64,000 nt of DNA from Gammaproteobacteria bacterium. GTDB taxonomy: Bacteria; Pseudomonadota; Gammaproteobacteria; Ga0077536. The notes under the pieces are model-generated. The model ran no database searches, was not told where the DNA came from, and saw nothing but the letters and a program-made list of their open reading frames with translations. Position 1 is the stretch's first letter; each line of letters opens with the position of its first letter. The position numbers were made by a program, and so were the translations under genes. The stretch is taken from contig CAXXLL010000003.1 in NCBI GenBank assembly GCA_963662545.2, positions 1,440,001 through 1,504,000 on the forward strand. Reading direction: 5' to 3'. Shown one piece after another: positions 30,224-41,299 of this stretch.

Positions 30224-32400
30224 GTGACTCGGTCTTCAAACTCAACCGACGGGATTTCGTGAAATACGGACTGGCTGCCGGAAGCAGTCTGACGTTGGGG
30301 GTTGGGTTCGACCCTGCGCTGGCCGCTATAAATAGTGCGCGAGATGGTGTCGATACGGATCGTACGTTCGCGCCGAACGCCTTCGTTCGAATCGATAGCG
30401 ATAGCATCGTCACGATCATCTCGAAGCACCTGGAGATGGGACAAGGAATTTATACCGGCCTTCCAACCCTGGTGGCCGACGAACTCGATGCAGACTGGTC
30501 ACAGATCCGAGTCGAGGGCGCACCAGCGGACGCTGAACTCTATAACAATCTTAATTGGGGATCTTCCCAAGGAACCGGCGGCAGTTCGTCGATGCGCAAT
30601 TCGTATTTGCAAATGCGGCGCGCAGGCGCGACGGCGCGCGCAATGTTGATCGGTGCGGCAGCAACAGTTTGGAACGTTGCGCCGAAAACAATCACGATCA
30701 ATAAAGGAGAAATCACACACAGAGCGAGCGGGCGCAGCACAACATTCGGGGAAATGGCAATGCGAGCTGCCACCCGACCGGTGCCGCAAAAAGTGCCGCT
30801 CAAGCATCCAGTCGATTTTGTCCACATCGGAAACGACGTCGCGCGCCTCGATAAATCGCATAAGGTCGATGGAACCGCGATCTATACGCAGGACTTGCGC
30901 CTGCCCGGTATGCTCACCGCCCTCGTGCAACACCCGCCGCGCTTCGGCGCGAAAGTGAAGTCATTCGATGCCAGCGCAACGAAACACATACAAGGGGTCA
31001 AAGCCATCGTCGCGATCGAGTCGGGGATCGCAATCGTTGCCAAAAACTTCTGGGCAGCGAAGCAAGGCCGCGATGCGCTGCAGGTCGAATGGGATGAAAG
31101 CGACGCTTTTCGCGGCAACAGCGACGAGATACTCACCTACTTTCGAACGCTAGCCACCCAGCCGGGAAAGATCGCACGCCACGACGGCGACGTAAGCGCG
31201 GCGTTTGCAACAGCTGAGACGATCATCGAATCGGCTTACGAATTTCCCTATCTCGCACATGCGACGATGGAGCCGATGAACTGTATCGCACAAGTCACGG
31301 ATCGCGGCTGCGAGCTCTGGTACGGCGCACAGTCACAGACTCGCGATCAACGTCACGTCGCCGCCGCGCTCGGGATCGATTTTTCGAATGTGACGATCAA
31401 CATGCTCTATGCAGGCGGTTCATTCGGACGCCGGTCCGACCTCAACAGTGATTACGTCGTCGAAGCGGCGCGCATAGCCCAAGCGGTCGGGGGCGATCGC
31501 TCGGTGAAACTGGTATGGACGCGTGAAGACGATATGCGCGCCGGCGCCTATCGTCCGCTTAATTACCACGTCCTACGTGGCGCACTTGATGCACGAGGTC
31601 GAATTACCGCGTGGCAACATCGGATAGTAGGTCAGTCCATCTTAGCCGGAACGCGTTTCGCCAAAGGCCCGGAAGCGCTCGACCGCACTACATTCGAAGG
31701 CGCGTCGACGTTGCCTTACGAGATCCCGAACATTAAAGTCGATGTACACAATCCGCTGGTCGGGGTCCCAGTGCTTTGGTGGCGCTCCGTCGCCCACAGC
31801 CATACCGCATACTCTACCGAAACCTTCCTCGACGAACTCGCGCATACCTCGGGTAAGGACCCTGTTGCATTGCGCTTGGACCTACTTAGCAACAATAAAC
31901 GCCAACAAGACGTCGTGCGATTGGCCGCCAAGCGAGCCGGCTGGGACAAACCGCTGCCTAAGGGGCGCGGCCGCGGGATCGCAGTACACGAGGCGTTCAA
32001 GACTTGTGTTGCCGAGGTCGCGGAAGTATCAGCGAACGACGATGGAACGTTCTCGGTGGACAAGGTGACCATAGCAGTTGATTGCGGCATTGCAGTGAAC
32101 CCCGATATTGTCATCGCGCAGATGCAAGGCGGCATGGGTTACGGTTTGTCTGCTGCACTCGGCGACGAAATTACGATCGACGATGGTATCGTGCAACAAG
32201 AAAACTTTGATACGTACCCAGTGCTGCGCATGTCCCAAATGCCGGACGTCGCCGTCCACATCGTGGATTCGGGTAACGACCCGAGTGGTGTTGGTGAACC
32301 CGGCGTGCCGCCGATCGCGCCGGCGGTGGCGAACGCATTGTTTTCGGCCACCGGAAAACGCTATCGCCGACTGCCCTTGAAGCGGTCGAGCGAGGGCTGA
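30220..32400 (+). CDS. iorB: Isoquinoline 1-oxidoreductase beta-like molybdopterin subunit (Tat-like leader)
   Basis: [46 protein letters not shown]; ATGA overlap with alpha subunit. Confidence 0.88.
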   Translation: MSDSVFKLNRRDFVKYGLAAGSSLTLGVGFDPALAAINSARDGVDTDRTFAPNAFVRIDSDSIVTIISKHLEMGQGIYTGLPTLVADELDADWSQIRVEGAPADAELYNNLNWGSSQGTGGSSSMRNSYLQMRRAGATARAMLIGAAATVWNVAPKTITINKGEITHRASGRSTTFGEMAMRAATRPVPQKVPLKHPVDFVHIGNDVARLDKSHKVDGTAIYTQDLRLPGMLTALVQHPPRFGAKVKSFDASATKHIQGVKAIVAIESGIAIVAKNFWAAKQGRDALQVEWDESDAFRGNSDEILTYFRTLATQPGKIARHDGDVSAAFATAETIIESAYEFPYLAHATMEPMNCIAQVTDRGCELWYGAQSQTRDQRHVAAALGIDFSNVTINMLYAGGSFGRRSDLNSDYVVEAARIAQAVGGDRSVKLVWTREDDMRAGAYRPLNYHVLRGALDARGRITAWQHRIVGQSILAGTRFAKGPEALDRTTFEGASTLPYEIPNIKVDVHNPLVGVPVLWWRSVAHSHTAYSTETFLDELAHTSGKDPVALRLDLLSNNKRQQDVVRLAAKRAGWDKPLPKGRGRGIAVHEAFKTCVAEVAEVSANDDGTFSVDKVTIAVDCGIAVNPDIVIAQMQGGMGYGLSAALGDEITIDDGIVQQENFDTYPVLRMSQMPDVAVHIVDSGNDPSGVGEPGVPPIAPAVANALFSATGKRYRRLPLKRSSEG

Positions 32401-32452
32401 ATCGCGCTGCATAAATTCGTACCGCGGCGGAACGTTTTTAGTGCACGACAAC

Positions 32453-33562
32453 TTATGCGGTCAGTGACAGCTTGCCGTTTACCAACGCGTCCAATTCAAA
32501 CTCAAAATACGGATGCTGATCGGGTGCGCCTGCGGCCAATAGAAAACATCGGTCGGTGACGTCGATGATGATCGACGCCACCGTTTCGAGTTGCTCGAAA
32601 CGGCCCTGACTCGGATCGGCATCACGTGCAATCGCATGCGGTTTGCCAAATCCATCTCTGAGTGCCTCCTTCATGTCCTCGACGGTCAAGGCGCCGCTAC
32701 CGGCGGCGAGCTGATCCCGTAGTCGGCAACTCCGATAGAGGGAATCGGGAAAACGCTCAAGGCTTAGGTCGCGGCCACTTAAACGTGGCCCGTCGAAATG
32801 GTTGCCGTGAGTGATGATACCCGCTTGTGGTGCGAGGTGATCGATGTGCACCGGCGATGCCTCAATATCGATAGTTTGCCCGCGCGCGTCTGCGATTAAA
32901 TAATTCGCCGACAAAGCCCGGGTCGGACGTACAACGGCCGCGATCGCATCCGCCATTTGAACCTGGTTGAGAATACCGCGGAGCAAAATATTGTACGGCA
33001 CGCCGAACTGCCACTGTTCCGATATGAGTGTATTCGTCGCGAGGCCGATGCCGGCTGAGTTGAATCCCATGCGGCCGATCATGCCGGCCTCGTCGAGAAG
33101 CATCACCGTTGGTTTAGGCGCTTGCTCAATGATCAACAAGACGAGTGTCTCCTTGATGTCCGGCGCCCAGTCCCAATTCTGTCCAACGTAAACATGCCCA
33201 TCGGCTGTTACCTCGGGCTGCAGGCCGAAAGACGTGCACTCGGGTAACGGCGTACCGAACATGATCTCCGAGCGGCAGTTAACCGCGAGAATCTCTTCGA
33301 GCGAAAATCCAGCACCCTCGGCCACGCCTTTGATCTCTTCGATCACGTCGGGATCGTATTCGTCAATGATTGGTGCGAACTCAACCGCCTTAGTGCGCAC
33401 CGCACTCGGAGAAAGGCCGGCGAAATGCTGGAATCGCTCCATATAACGCTCGACGCTTAAACCGACCCGATCGCTTGCCAACGCGCCGTGTTGACGTCCG
33501 CGCTCGCGCGGGTCGCCGCCGGTGAGTAGGATCGGGATCGGTTCGTCGCCGACTAAAGGCAT
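32453..33562 (-). CDS. C45-family autoproteolytic acyltransferase/hydrolase
   Basis: ERGRQHG, VNCRSEI, PECTSFG, GQNWDW, GFNSAG, HGNH. Confidence 0.88.
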   Translation of the reverse strand: MPLVGDEPIPILLTGGDPRERGRQHGALASDRVGLSVERYMERFQHFAGLSPSAVRTKAVEFAPIIDEYDPDVIEEIKGVAEGAGFSLEEILAVNCRSEIMFGTPLPECTSFGLQPEVTADGHVYVGQNWDWAPDIKETLVLLIIEQAPKPTVMLLDEAGMIGRMGFNSAGIGLATNTLISEQWQFGVPYNILLRGILNQVQMADAIAAVVRPTRALSANYLIADARGQTIDIEASPVHIDHLAPQAGIITHGNHFDGPRLSGRDLSLERFPDSLYRSCRLRDQLAAGSGALTVEDMKEALRDGFGKPHAIARDADPSQGRFEQLETVASIIIDVTDRCFLLAAGAPDQHPYFEFELDALVNGKLSLTA

Positions 33563-33616
33563 GCTTTAACTCCTTCGCGTTCGCCGCCGGATCTTGTACG
33601 GTGGCGCACATTCAAC

Positions 33617-34558
33617 TCACAGGTAGGTCGGCACCCCATCAACTCGGATAATTTTGGGCGCCTCTCCACTTGTCGCCGGAAACCACTTGCCGGCTTTACC
33701 CTGCTCCGGGGTTATCACAGCTTTATACATATCGGCTAGTTCAGCCATCGTGCAGAACTTAACCCCGGGCCGCTCTAAGATATGATCGATAAGCTTTTCG
33801 AGTGTTTTAACGCGCGCACCGCGACCGCTTAAGAACGGATGCAGGGTTAAGTGAAACGGCGCACCCTCTTCGTAGAGCGCATCGAATTCACTGCTCCAGA
33901 GTTCGAAGACCCGCGAGGGTGCCGAGTATGGTGCGCCGTAACTCAACGGCGGAAACAGCGAGAACCAATACAGTGGCGCGTCATCTAGGGTCCAATTAAC
34001 CGGGATGGCGACAAAATCGGTTTGCTTGCCGTCGACCGATACGTAATAGGGAATGTCCTCGCCCAACCAATCACCTGAGAATTCGAACCCACGTTCGCGC
34101 AGGAGTTTTAGCGTCTGATCGCTGTATTCCCAACCAGGACTGATGTAGCCGCGCGGACGCGTGCCACTCATCTGCGTGAGTATTTCCACCTGTTTATCAA
34201 GATGTTCGGCTTCTGTACTAGCATCAAGCCAGTTCGGCCAATCGTGGGTAAAGCCATGACACCCGATTTCATGCCCTTCGGCGACAATCCAGTCGATCGC
34301 ATAGGGGTGGCGCTGCGCCGATTTTGCCGGCCAGTAGAAACTGGCCTTGATCTTGTAATTTCTCAGCATGTGGAGAATACGCTGCAGGCCAACGCGCGGG
34401 CCATACGAATACATTGTCTGTGTATTCGGCCGATTTGCATTCTCCTTGTCTAGGGCAACCGCAAGCGCTTCAGCATCAGGATGAAAGTTCAGAACAACCG
34501 GACATTGGACATCATCGGGCCAGGGAACCCGGCGTTCGAATTCGTTAAGCGCAGCCAT
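33617..34558 (-). CDS. Polysaccharide deacetylase family protein (CE4, PuuE/PgdA-like)
   Basis: YGPRVG, GHEIGCHGFTH, PRGYISP, WTLDD, LTLHPFLSGR. Confidence 0.85.
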   Translation of the reverse strand: MAALNEFERRVPWPDDVQCPVVLNFHPDAEALAVALDKENANRPNTQTMYSYGPRVGLQRILHMLRNYKIKASFYWPAKSAQRHPYAIDWIVAEGHEIGCHGFTHDWPNWLDASTEAEHLDKQVEILTQMSGTRPRGYISPGWEYSDQTLKLLRERGFEFSGDWLGEDIPYYVSVDGKQTDFVAIPVNWTLDDAPLYWFSLFPPLSYGAPYSAPSRVFELWSSEFDALYEEGAPFHLTLHPFLSGRGARVKTLEKLIDHILERPGVKFCTMAELADMYKAVITPEQGKAGKWFPATSGEAPKIIRVDGVPTYL

Positions 34559-34663
34559 TATCGTGCTCCTGTGATAGTTGGGTATGAAGCTAAAAATAGT
34601 GTTGCTGTTTTCAAGGTATCTAAAAGCGGTCTCAACATTATTCTTGTCCCGCGCCGTTTGAGA

Positions 34664-35224
34664 TCACGAACCCGAATAATCCCCGGCCCGCTTTTCGTGA
34701 AACGCTTTGATCGCCTCGGCGTGATCTCCGCTCGCCTTAGCGATCGCGATATGCGAGCCGACATTTTCGAGGGCACTTGCTAGTTCACTGTTCAATCCTT
34801 GATAGACCGTACGCTTGATCATGGTGACGGAATAAGGCGGTAGCTTCGCGGTCCCGACAATCCTGGGCAAATGATATGCGCCACCACCACCCGGGAGTAA
34901 GCCAATTTTCGCATAGGTCTCCGCGAAGCGAGCGCTTTTTGCCGCAGTGCGGAAATCGCACGCCAAAGCCAGATCCATCCCGCCGCCTGTTGCGACCCCA
35001 TTCACGGCCGCAATGATGGGTTTGTTAAACGTGGCTAGGCGCTGCGGAAATGCCTGAATGTAATCAACGATATGTTTTTTCGTCACATGAGGCCGATTAT
35101 CCGCCTCTGCGCCCATTGCATGTACGTCGCCGCCGGCACAAAAGCCGCGACCGGCGCCGGTTAATACCACTACGCGAACGTCGTCACGGCGATCACAGTC
35201 ATCGATGGCGGCAATTAAGCCCAT
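34664..35224 (-). pseudogene. Enoyl-CoA hydratase/isomerase remnant (N-terminus missing, internal deletion)
   Basis: LTGAGRGFCAGGD, AAVNGVATGGG, GLLPGGGG; GTAK is joined directly to LPPYSV. Confidence 0.8.
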
Positions 35225-35230
35225 AAGCTA

Positions 35231-35296
35231 AGCGGACGCCAAGTCGCTATAAACGTCGTGAAAAAGCCTGACTCCGGCTCACGGCCAACGCCGGTC
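35231..35296. repeat. Half unit plus full palindromic unit of the 24-bp family
   Basis: AGCGGAC at 35231-35237 and TCCGGCT-CACGGCCAAC-GCCGGTC at 35273-35296; right arms 59 bp apart. Confidence 0.55.
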
Positions 35297-35358
35297 ATTC
35301 ACGCTGCCAATACCCTCGGATATGCTGCCCGCTGGATTTACTGGTGGGGGATTGAAAG

Positions 35359-35436
35359 ATGAACTGGGATGCAATGGGTGCGATTGCCGAGGTGTTAGGT
35401 GCGATTGGTGTGATCGGCACTCTGATGTACCTGGCC
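35359..35436 (+). pseudogene. N-terminal fragment of a membrane-anchored hypothetical protein (MNWDAMGAIAEVLGAIGVIGTLMYLA) cut by the IS
   Basis: Hydrophobic N-terminus ends exactly at the IS left end. Confidence 0.55.
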
Positions 35437-36632
35437 TGTGGGTGGCGAATTCCAATTCTGAACAGAATGATTGAATTTTCCTAGTCTGGTGCGCGTGGTG
35501 CTTCCCGATAGGATAACGGGATGCGAGACGGCGCTTTCCTATTCATTCACCTTTTAGTGACCGTTGCTAGATTGCTGGGACCAGGGGGTGCCCGCTCCGT
35601 GGTTGCCGAATCACTCCTGGTTAAGCACCAGCTGCTGATCCTTAATCGCTCTCGCGGACGCGCACCGAATCTTCGCCCGATGGACCGGATCATTGCCGGA
35701 ATTTGCGTTTGCTTCATGCGCCCCACTCGGCTTGTACGCGCCGCGATCGTGCTGAAACCCGCGACCATCATGGCCTTTCACCGGTCTCTCGTGAAACGGA
35801 AATATCGATTACTGTTCACGCCTAAACACCGTGGAAAGCCGGGTCCGAAAGGACCGTCTCCCGAATTAATTTCCGCTATCGTTGAGATGAAACGGAGGAA
35901 TCCGAGCTTCGGATGCCGGCGCATCGCACAGCAGATTTCGTTTGTCTTCGGAATCAAGATCGACAAAGACGTCGTGCGCCGCGTACTGGCCAAACACTAC
36001 CACCTCGGGCCTGGTTCTGGTGGTCCGAGCTGGCTGACGCTCCTCGGGCACACTAAGGACAGCCTCTGGAGCGTCGACCTGTTTCGGTGCGATTCGTTGA
36101 TCCTCAAAACCCACTGGGTGATGGTCGTCATGGACCAACTCACTCGGCGAATTATCGGTATCGACGTAAATGCAGGCGTGCTCGATGGACCCACGGTCTG
36201 CCGTCTATTCAACGAAGCGATCGCCGGATCAGGATCTCTACCCCACTATCTCAGCAGTGACAACGATCCGTTGTTTGAATTCCATCGCTGGAAGGCGAAC
36301 TTTCGGGTCCTTGAAATAGCGGAAGTAAAGACCGTCCCATACGTCCCCTTATCTCATCCCTTTGTCGAACGTTTGATCGGCACCATCCGTCGGGAGTTTC
36401 TCGATTTCGTGCCTTTCTGGAATGCCCATGATCTGCGGCAGAAGCTCCATGATTTTCACGAATACTACAATTGTTCGCGCGTTCACCGTGCCCGGGACGG
36501 CTTCACACCGGATGTTCCGGCCTCGACTAAGAAACATCGGATCGCTCGGCTGGACGATTATCGATGGGAAAACCATTGTGGTGGCCTATATCAACTGCCC
36601 GCGGCGGCGTGACTGTTAATTCGCCACCGACA
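35437..36632 (+). mobile_element. IS481/IS3-like element (rve integrase-core transposase)
   Basis: TGT...ACA ends, IR TGTGGGTGGCGAATT / rc TGTCGGTGGCGAATT; no TSD visible. Confidence 0.8.
35521..36612 (+). CDS. Integrase-core (rve) DDE transposase
   Basis: NPSFGCRRIA, WSVDLF, LSSDND, PFVERLIGTIRRE, YYNCSRVH. Confidence 0.85.
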   Translation: MRDGAFLFIHLLVTVARLLGPGGARSVVAESLLVKHQLLILNRSRGRAPNLRPMDRIIAGICVCFMRPTRLVRAAIVLKPATIMAFHRSLVKRKYRLLFTPKHRGKPGPKGPSPELISAIVEMKRRNPSFGCRRIAQQISFVFGIKIDKDVVRRVLAKHYHLGPGSGGPSWLTLLGHTKDSLWSVDLFRCDSLILKTHWVMVVMDQLTRRIIGIDVNAGVLDGPTVCRLFNEAIAGSGSLPHYLSSDNDPLFEFHRWKANFRVLEIAEVKTVPYVPLSHPFVERLIGTIRREFLDFVPFWNAHDLRQKLHDFHEYYNCSRVHRARDGFTPDVPASTKKHRIARLDDYRWENHCGGLYQLPAAA

Positions 36633-36697
36633 CGTTGCTACGGCGCAGGACCCCACACGCAGCGTAACAATAAGTTCAAGGATTTGAACAGTTTGGA

Positions 36698-36742
36698 TGG
36701 TGGCTATGGTTGGACTTGAACCAACGACCTCAGCATTATGAG
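36698..36742 (-). repeat. att site: duplicated 3' half of tRNA-Met
   Basis: TGGTGGCTATGGTTGGACTTGAACCAACGACCTCAGCATTATGAG matches 49262-49306 with two compensatory T-stem changes. Confidence 0.9.
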
Positions 36743-37081
36743 GGCCACCGGCATCTTTTAACCCTTTGTTTTAATTAGATTCTTTCGGGCGCCCGTTGCG
36801 ACTAAATGCCCAACAATGCATAACGATGCTCAACTGTGTCCCGCAAAACTCCCGCACGGTTTCCCGACCTCTTATATCCCAATTATGCCCTGCACCCGAT
36901 ATACGTTCGGAGTCGACCGCCCTAAATTCCAACATCCGCTTTCACCAGTAGCAGACACCCCGAGAGGCCGCTAAACAACCTGTTTCTTCCTGCCTCGGAT
37001 GGCGGGAATCGAACCCGATTCCGACATCCGTGAAAGCAGTCGTTCTAATCCAACTTCTCTATCAATTGACCTAACGTTTCG

Positions 37082-37612
37082 TTAGAGCAAGGCTGATTGT
37101 CCTTTATGGCCAGACCATTTCGGCAGATCATCGAGAACATCCGCCACTCGCATGCCGTAGAAGATGTGACAGCTCGGACGAAAGGCATCGGGGACGTGCG
37201 GCGGCGTGCCGAAATCGAAGAGAGTGGGAAAGGCGAGCCACATATTCCGACCTTCGTCAGCGATGGGTGTGCCGCATACCGAGCAGCTGACTTTGCAAGG
37301 TAGGACTCGCTCACATAGGTTCAGCGCACCATTGAAGAAGCGAAGCCGATCTACGCCAGCCAAGATTCTGACATCCCGCTTATGGAATATCGCCGCCCAT
37401 TGCATGGGCGCGCCGTGTAGGGTCTGGCAATCACGGCAATGGCAGATCTTTGCGTCTACGGGATCGTCGCGGACCTCGTAACAGATGGCACCGCAATGGC
37501 ACCGGGCGCGGTACTTGGCAACGAAATCCCCTGTGCCCGGGGAAGCGTACTCGCGACCCAAGTCGACTGAACTCTGTTTATCATGTCCGGCCAAGATGGA
37601 AGGGGCCTTCAA
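37082..37612 (-). CDS. GFA family protein (glutathione-dependent formaldehyde-activating/CENP-V-like)
   Basis: CHCG...CHCRDCQ...CSVCGT...PSCHIFY. Confidence 0.88.
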   Translation of the reverse strand: MKAPSILAGHDKQSSVDLGREYASPGTGDFVAKYRARCHCGAICYEVRDDPVDAKICHCRDCQTLHGAPMQWAAIFHKRDVRILAGVDRLRFFNGALNLCERVLPCKVSCSVCGTPIADEGRNMWLAFPTLFDFGTPPHVPDAFRPSCHIFYGMRVADVLDDLPKWSGHKGQSALL

Positions 37613-37942
37613 TAGGACGATTGCGGACAGTATATGTATTTCGCGCTCTTGGTCGGAACTATCGGGGGATTACGTGGACTTCGGAGAAAGCGTCAATCAG
37701 ATGGACTCTCGTGACGCGTGCTTCTCTTGCTCATCTTGCTCTCCTGTAGAGCCTCGATGAGCCAGAATTACTCCATTATCTAAACCCTGCAACTTGTCTC
37801 ATGGTTGCTGACGGCGAACAGTCTCATGGTTGCTGACGGCGAACAATCGGCTTTGAACACGCACAGCGGATATAAGGAAAGATAAACGCGATTTTTCGGG
37901 AATCCAATCGAAATAAGCGTGGATGGGCAAAAGGAGACAGCG

Positions 37943-38270
37943 TCAGAGAGCCACCCAATCGCACATCCGGTCGATGGCGGCCATGACCGGCGCACAATGG
38001 CTGCGCAGGAAAGCCTCGTCTATGGTGGTCGTTCGGGCGGCCGCCGCGAGCGCTGTCGCGCCATCGAAGTCAACACAGGCAACTCGCGCTGAAAACTCCG
38101 TGTCGGGGCGCCCGAAACAGTGACCCGGCAGGCAGGCCACGCCGGTGTCTTCCAGCAGGTGCTCGCAGAACGTTGTGCCATCGACAATGCCCCGCGCGGC
38201 CAACCGATCGCGCAAAGGTTCGAAGCTCGAGAACACGTAGAATCCTCCTTTGGGTTGCGTGACTTCGGCG
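37943..38270 (-). pseudogene. C-terminal fragment of a class I PLP-dependent aminotransferase
   Basis: PKGGFYVF, LLEDTGVACLPGHCFG, ARVA; no N-terminal PLP domain. Confidence 0.65.
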
Positions 38271-38472
38271 TTGGATTGATCATTGATGTCAATCGCTGCT
38301 GACTGACGCATCCCACGTATGTTGAGGTTAAGGTGAACGGCGGGTGAGAGCAGGGATTCATTCAGCATGACAGGTGCACCGTCAGGAAGTGTTTACCGGT
38401 TGATCGGGTGGACGGACGTCCGCCCCGTTCCGCAGTTCCTTTTTGCCTATTGGTTAGTGGCACCAACCGCGC

Positions 38473-39288
38473 TCAGCGCGATGTACCTGAGCGGATTAGG
38501 GACGATCGACCATACCACTCCGGCAGGCTCGCGATCGAATCGATGACCGCATCGGGCGCGTGGTGACACTCGAGATCGCTGGCGCGAAACTTCCCAGTCC
38601 TGACGAGTACGCCGGTCATTCCCAGGTCCTGGGCCGCGTTTACATCAGAGACGATGTCGTCGCCAATCATCGCGGCCGTGTCTCGTGTGGCACCGAGCGC
38701 GGCAAGCGCCGTATCGAAGAATGCCGGCGCGGGCTTACCGAGGACGACGGCTTCGACCCCGGCGGCGCATTCAAGCGCGCGCACGAAGGCGGCAACATCG
38801 ATCCGCAGCCCGTCCGAAGCGCGCCAGTAGCGCGTCATGCCGAGCGCGACGAACACCGGAGCAGGTTCATCCATGAGCAGGCGGAACGCCCGGTTTAGGG
38901 TCGCATAATCCCAGGCGTCGCCGAGGTCTCCGAGGACGACGCTACGCGCGCCCGTCTCCGCCCTTTCATCGAGCAGTTCGACCCCCGTCAGATCGCCACA
39001 GGTCGCTGCCGGTACGAAGGCGGCCCAGACGCCGGGAGCGTTCTCGCTCAACCAGCGCGAAGCGGCAACGAGCGGCGTCAGGATGCGCTCCGATTCGGTT
39101 TCGATCCCGAGCGCCGCGCGCCTGTCCACAATGGCCTGGCGTGGTCGCGAGGTCGTATTGGTAACGTACAGACGAGGGACACGACGTTCGACCAGCCAGC
39201 GGACACAGGCCGCAGCACCTTCGACGATCCGGTCTCCCTCATATAGGACGCCATCCAGATCGATCAGCAATGCAGCCGGATTAGCCAT
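38473..39288 (-). CDS. HAD-superfamily IIA hydrolase (LHPP-like)
   Basis: DLDGVLY, VTNTT, LGKPAPAFF, MIGDDIVSDV, VRTGKF. Confidence 0.88.
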   Translation of the reverse strand: MANPAALLIDLDGVLYEGDRIVEGAAACVRWLVERRVPRLYVTNTTSRPRQAIVDRRAALGIETESERILTPLVAASRWLSENAPGVWAAFVPAATCGDLTGVELLDERAETGARSVVLGDLGDAWDYATLNRAFRLLMDEPAPVFVALGMTRYWRASDGLRIDVAAFVRALECAAGVEAVVLGKPAPAFFDTALAALGATRDTAAMIGDDIVSDVNAAQDLGMTGVLVRTGKFRASDLECHHAPDAVIDSIASLPEWYGRSSLIRSGTSR

Positions 39289-39399
39289 GCGTTGTCGATG
39301 AAATTTGCACCTAGATTTGATCATAGTCGCAATTTGGCGGTGGGAATCGATCGCCCGCGAATGGCAAGCCAGAAAAAAGCGCGTATGGGCTTTGTCAAG

Positions 39400-39565
39400 T
39401 CAGCAGGTTGTTGAAAAAAGCATGGAACTTCGCGGCATTTTCATGATCGGGTCTGCTGAGTGCAAATGGCAGGGGTTCGAGTGATGAGAGGCGTGGACGA
39501 TCGGCAAGATGGTTTCTTCAGCTACATTTCCCTCGATGCGCGAGTACCACAGACGCATCCGTTGA
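39400..39565 (+). mobile_element. IS5-family 5' remnant
   Basis: AGCAGGTTGTTGAAAAA end-like sequence followed by MRGVDDRQDGFFSYISLDARVPQTHPL. Confidence 0.55.
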
Positions 39566-39720
39566 ACGGCTTACGCAGCTCTCGGACCTAGAGGCAATAT
39601 TGACCGGTGACGGGTGGCCGGTGTTTCGAGACGCGAAGTTCCTCCTGCAGGAGTTACTGATGAGCCTTAACGCCGAGACGGCCGGTTCGCCGACCCACTG
39701 ATCAACCGCTCGTCGACGTA

Positions 39721-40506
39721 TCAAGGATCAGCCGGAGTGTGCATGTTCACCGGTCCGTATCCGCGGCCGAGGCCCGGACTCGTGCGGATTGCTCGTGTGA
39801 TGAATCCCTTCGCCGCCTCCACCGCGGTCACGAGGTCCTCGCCAGTGGCGAGTCGCGCGGTGATCGCGGCTGATAATACGCAGCCCGTGCCGTGCGTGTG
39901 TTGCGTTTCGATGCGCTTGCCGGGGAGCGGATAAGCTCGACCGTCTGACCACAACAAATCGGTCGCGTCGACACCCCGATGACCGCCTTTGATCAGCACG
40001 TTCTTGGCACCCGCGCCGGCGATACGGGCCGCTGCTTGCTCCATCGACCCCAAGTCGGTAACGTCCATGCTGGCCAGCACCGCCGCCTCGGGCAGGTTGG
40101 GCGTGATCAGGAACACGTACGGCAAGAGTTTCTTCTTAAGGACACCAGCGGCATCATGATCGATCAACGGTGTGCCGTGTTTGCTGACCATCACCGGATC
40201 TACCACCAGCGGAAAATCGAAGGACGCGGCGCGCTCGCTGAGCGCCGCGATGATGGCGGCGTTTCCTAAAGCGCCGGTCTTCGCGGCCTGAGGACGAATG
40301 TCGTCGAGGACCGCGTCGAGCTGCGCGAGGATGAACCGGGGATCGAGGGTCTCGACCGCCGCGACGGATTGCGTATTTTGAACGGTCAACAGTGTCACCA
40401 CGCTCGTGCCGTAGACGCCGTGCTGGTGGAACGTTTTCAAATCGGCCTGCAGCCCCGCTCCGCCGGAAGGATCCGAACCCGCAATCGTCAGCGCGACCGG
40501 CGTCAT
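39721..40506 (-). CDS. thiD: Hydroxymethylpyrimidine/phosphomethylpyrimidine kinase
   Basis: ALTIAGSDPSGGAGLQADLK, VVDPVMV, ITPNLPEA, KGGH, THGTGC. Confidence 0.93.
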   Translation of the reverse strand: MTPVALTIAGSDPSGGAGLQADLKTFHQHGVYGTSVVTLLTVQNTQSVAAVETLDPRFILAQLDAVLDDIRPQAAKTGALGNAAIIAALSERAASFDFPLVVDPVMVSKHGTPLIDHDAAGVLKKKLLPYVFLITPNLPEAAVLASMDVTDLGSMEQAAARIAGAGAKNVLIKGGHRGVDATDLLWSDGRAYPLPGKRIETQHTHGTGCVLSAAITARLATGEDLVTAVEAAKGFITRAIRTSPGLGRGYGPVNMHTPADP

Positions 40507-41126
40507 GGTGCGGTCTCCAATGGAGCCGAGAAGAAGTTCAGTTCGCATTGCATACCGTAACGATAGGCATCCCGCACGGCGGGGCTATCCGAGGCGACGT
40601 CGTCCAGCAGCGCTTCGAGCCGTGCGCACAGTGTTTTGAAGCCGTCGCCTGAGTACGCCTCGATCCAGTCCCCATACGGGTGATCCGGTCGCAGCGAAGC
40701 AGTTAGAGTCGTGCCGAGAAACAGATACAAGCGCATGCAGGGAACCATCGCGGCGACGATTTCGCCGAGGCTGTTGTGCGACGCGGCGCGCAACAGGAAG
40801 TCGGTGTACGCCGAAGTGGCCGCGAAGGGTTTGACGTCATCGAGGTCGATGCCAAGCGTCTTGGCATAGTTGGTGTGCAGTTTCAATTCGTCCAAGACGC
40901 CCGCCATCAATTCGTGAAACAGCAGGGCCTGATCGAAGTCGTCGCCCCGCCCGGCAGCAAGCGCGTAGGCGCGGAAAAACGCTCGCAGAAAGAACGCATC
41001 CTGGGCAACGTACCGCCGGAATGCCTCCCGATCGAGCGTACCGTCGCCCAATCCGCGCACGAACGGATGTTCGAGGCAACGCTCCCCGAGGTCGACATTT
41101 CCCTTCCACAACGACTCGTGCAGCAT
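40503..41126 (-). CDS. tenA: TenA (thiaminase II/aminopyrimidine aminohydrolase) family protein
   Basis: HPFV, YVAQDAFFL, AYTDFLL, PCMRLY, YGDWIEAY; ATGA coupling to thiD. Confidence 0.88.
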   Translation of the reverse strand: MLHESLWKGNVDLGERCLEHPFVRGLGDGTLDREAFRRYVAQDAFFLRAFFRAYALAAGRGDDFDQALLFHELMAGVLDELKLHTNYAKTLGIDLDDVKPFAATSAYTDFLLRAASHNSLGEIVAAMVPCMRLYLFLGTTLTASLRPDHPYGDWIEAYSGDGFKTLCARLEALLDDVASDSPAVRDAYRYGMQCELNFFSAPLETAP

Positions 41127-41299
41127 CTCGCCTTCTATCTCATCGGGATTATCTTTCGATCCGCTTCTTGCGGGAAACTTACGGCTCGGCAACTCAGCGC
41201 GCGACATCTTTGGCAGGCGGAGAGCTACAAATAAGCGGATCCAGGTGTCAGGTCTGGCATTGCCACATTCCACATGAGGTTATCGACCCAACTGCCCGG

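Noticed and set aside
36698-36742. Second tRNA-Met gene
   Set aside because: Only the anticodon loop to CCA is present, with no 5' acceptor strand or D arm; treated as an att site
37001-37025. tRNA T-arm fragment (GGCGGGAATCGAACCCG)
   Set aside because: No acceptor or anticodon arm context; fits the 7-11-7 palindromic unit equally well
41127-41240. TPP riboswitch upstream of tenA
   Set aside because: Only a GCTGAG match; the other conserved aptamer motifs were not found by eye
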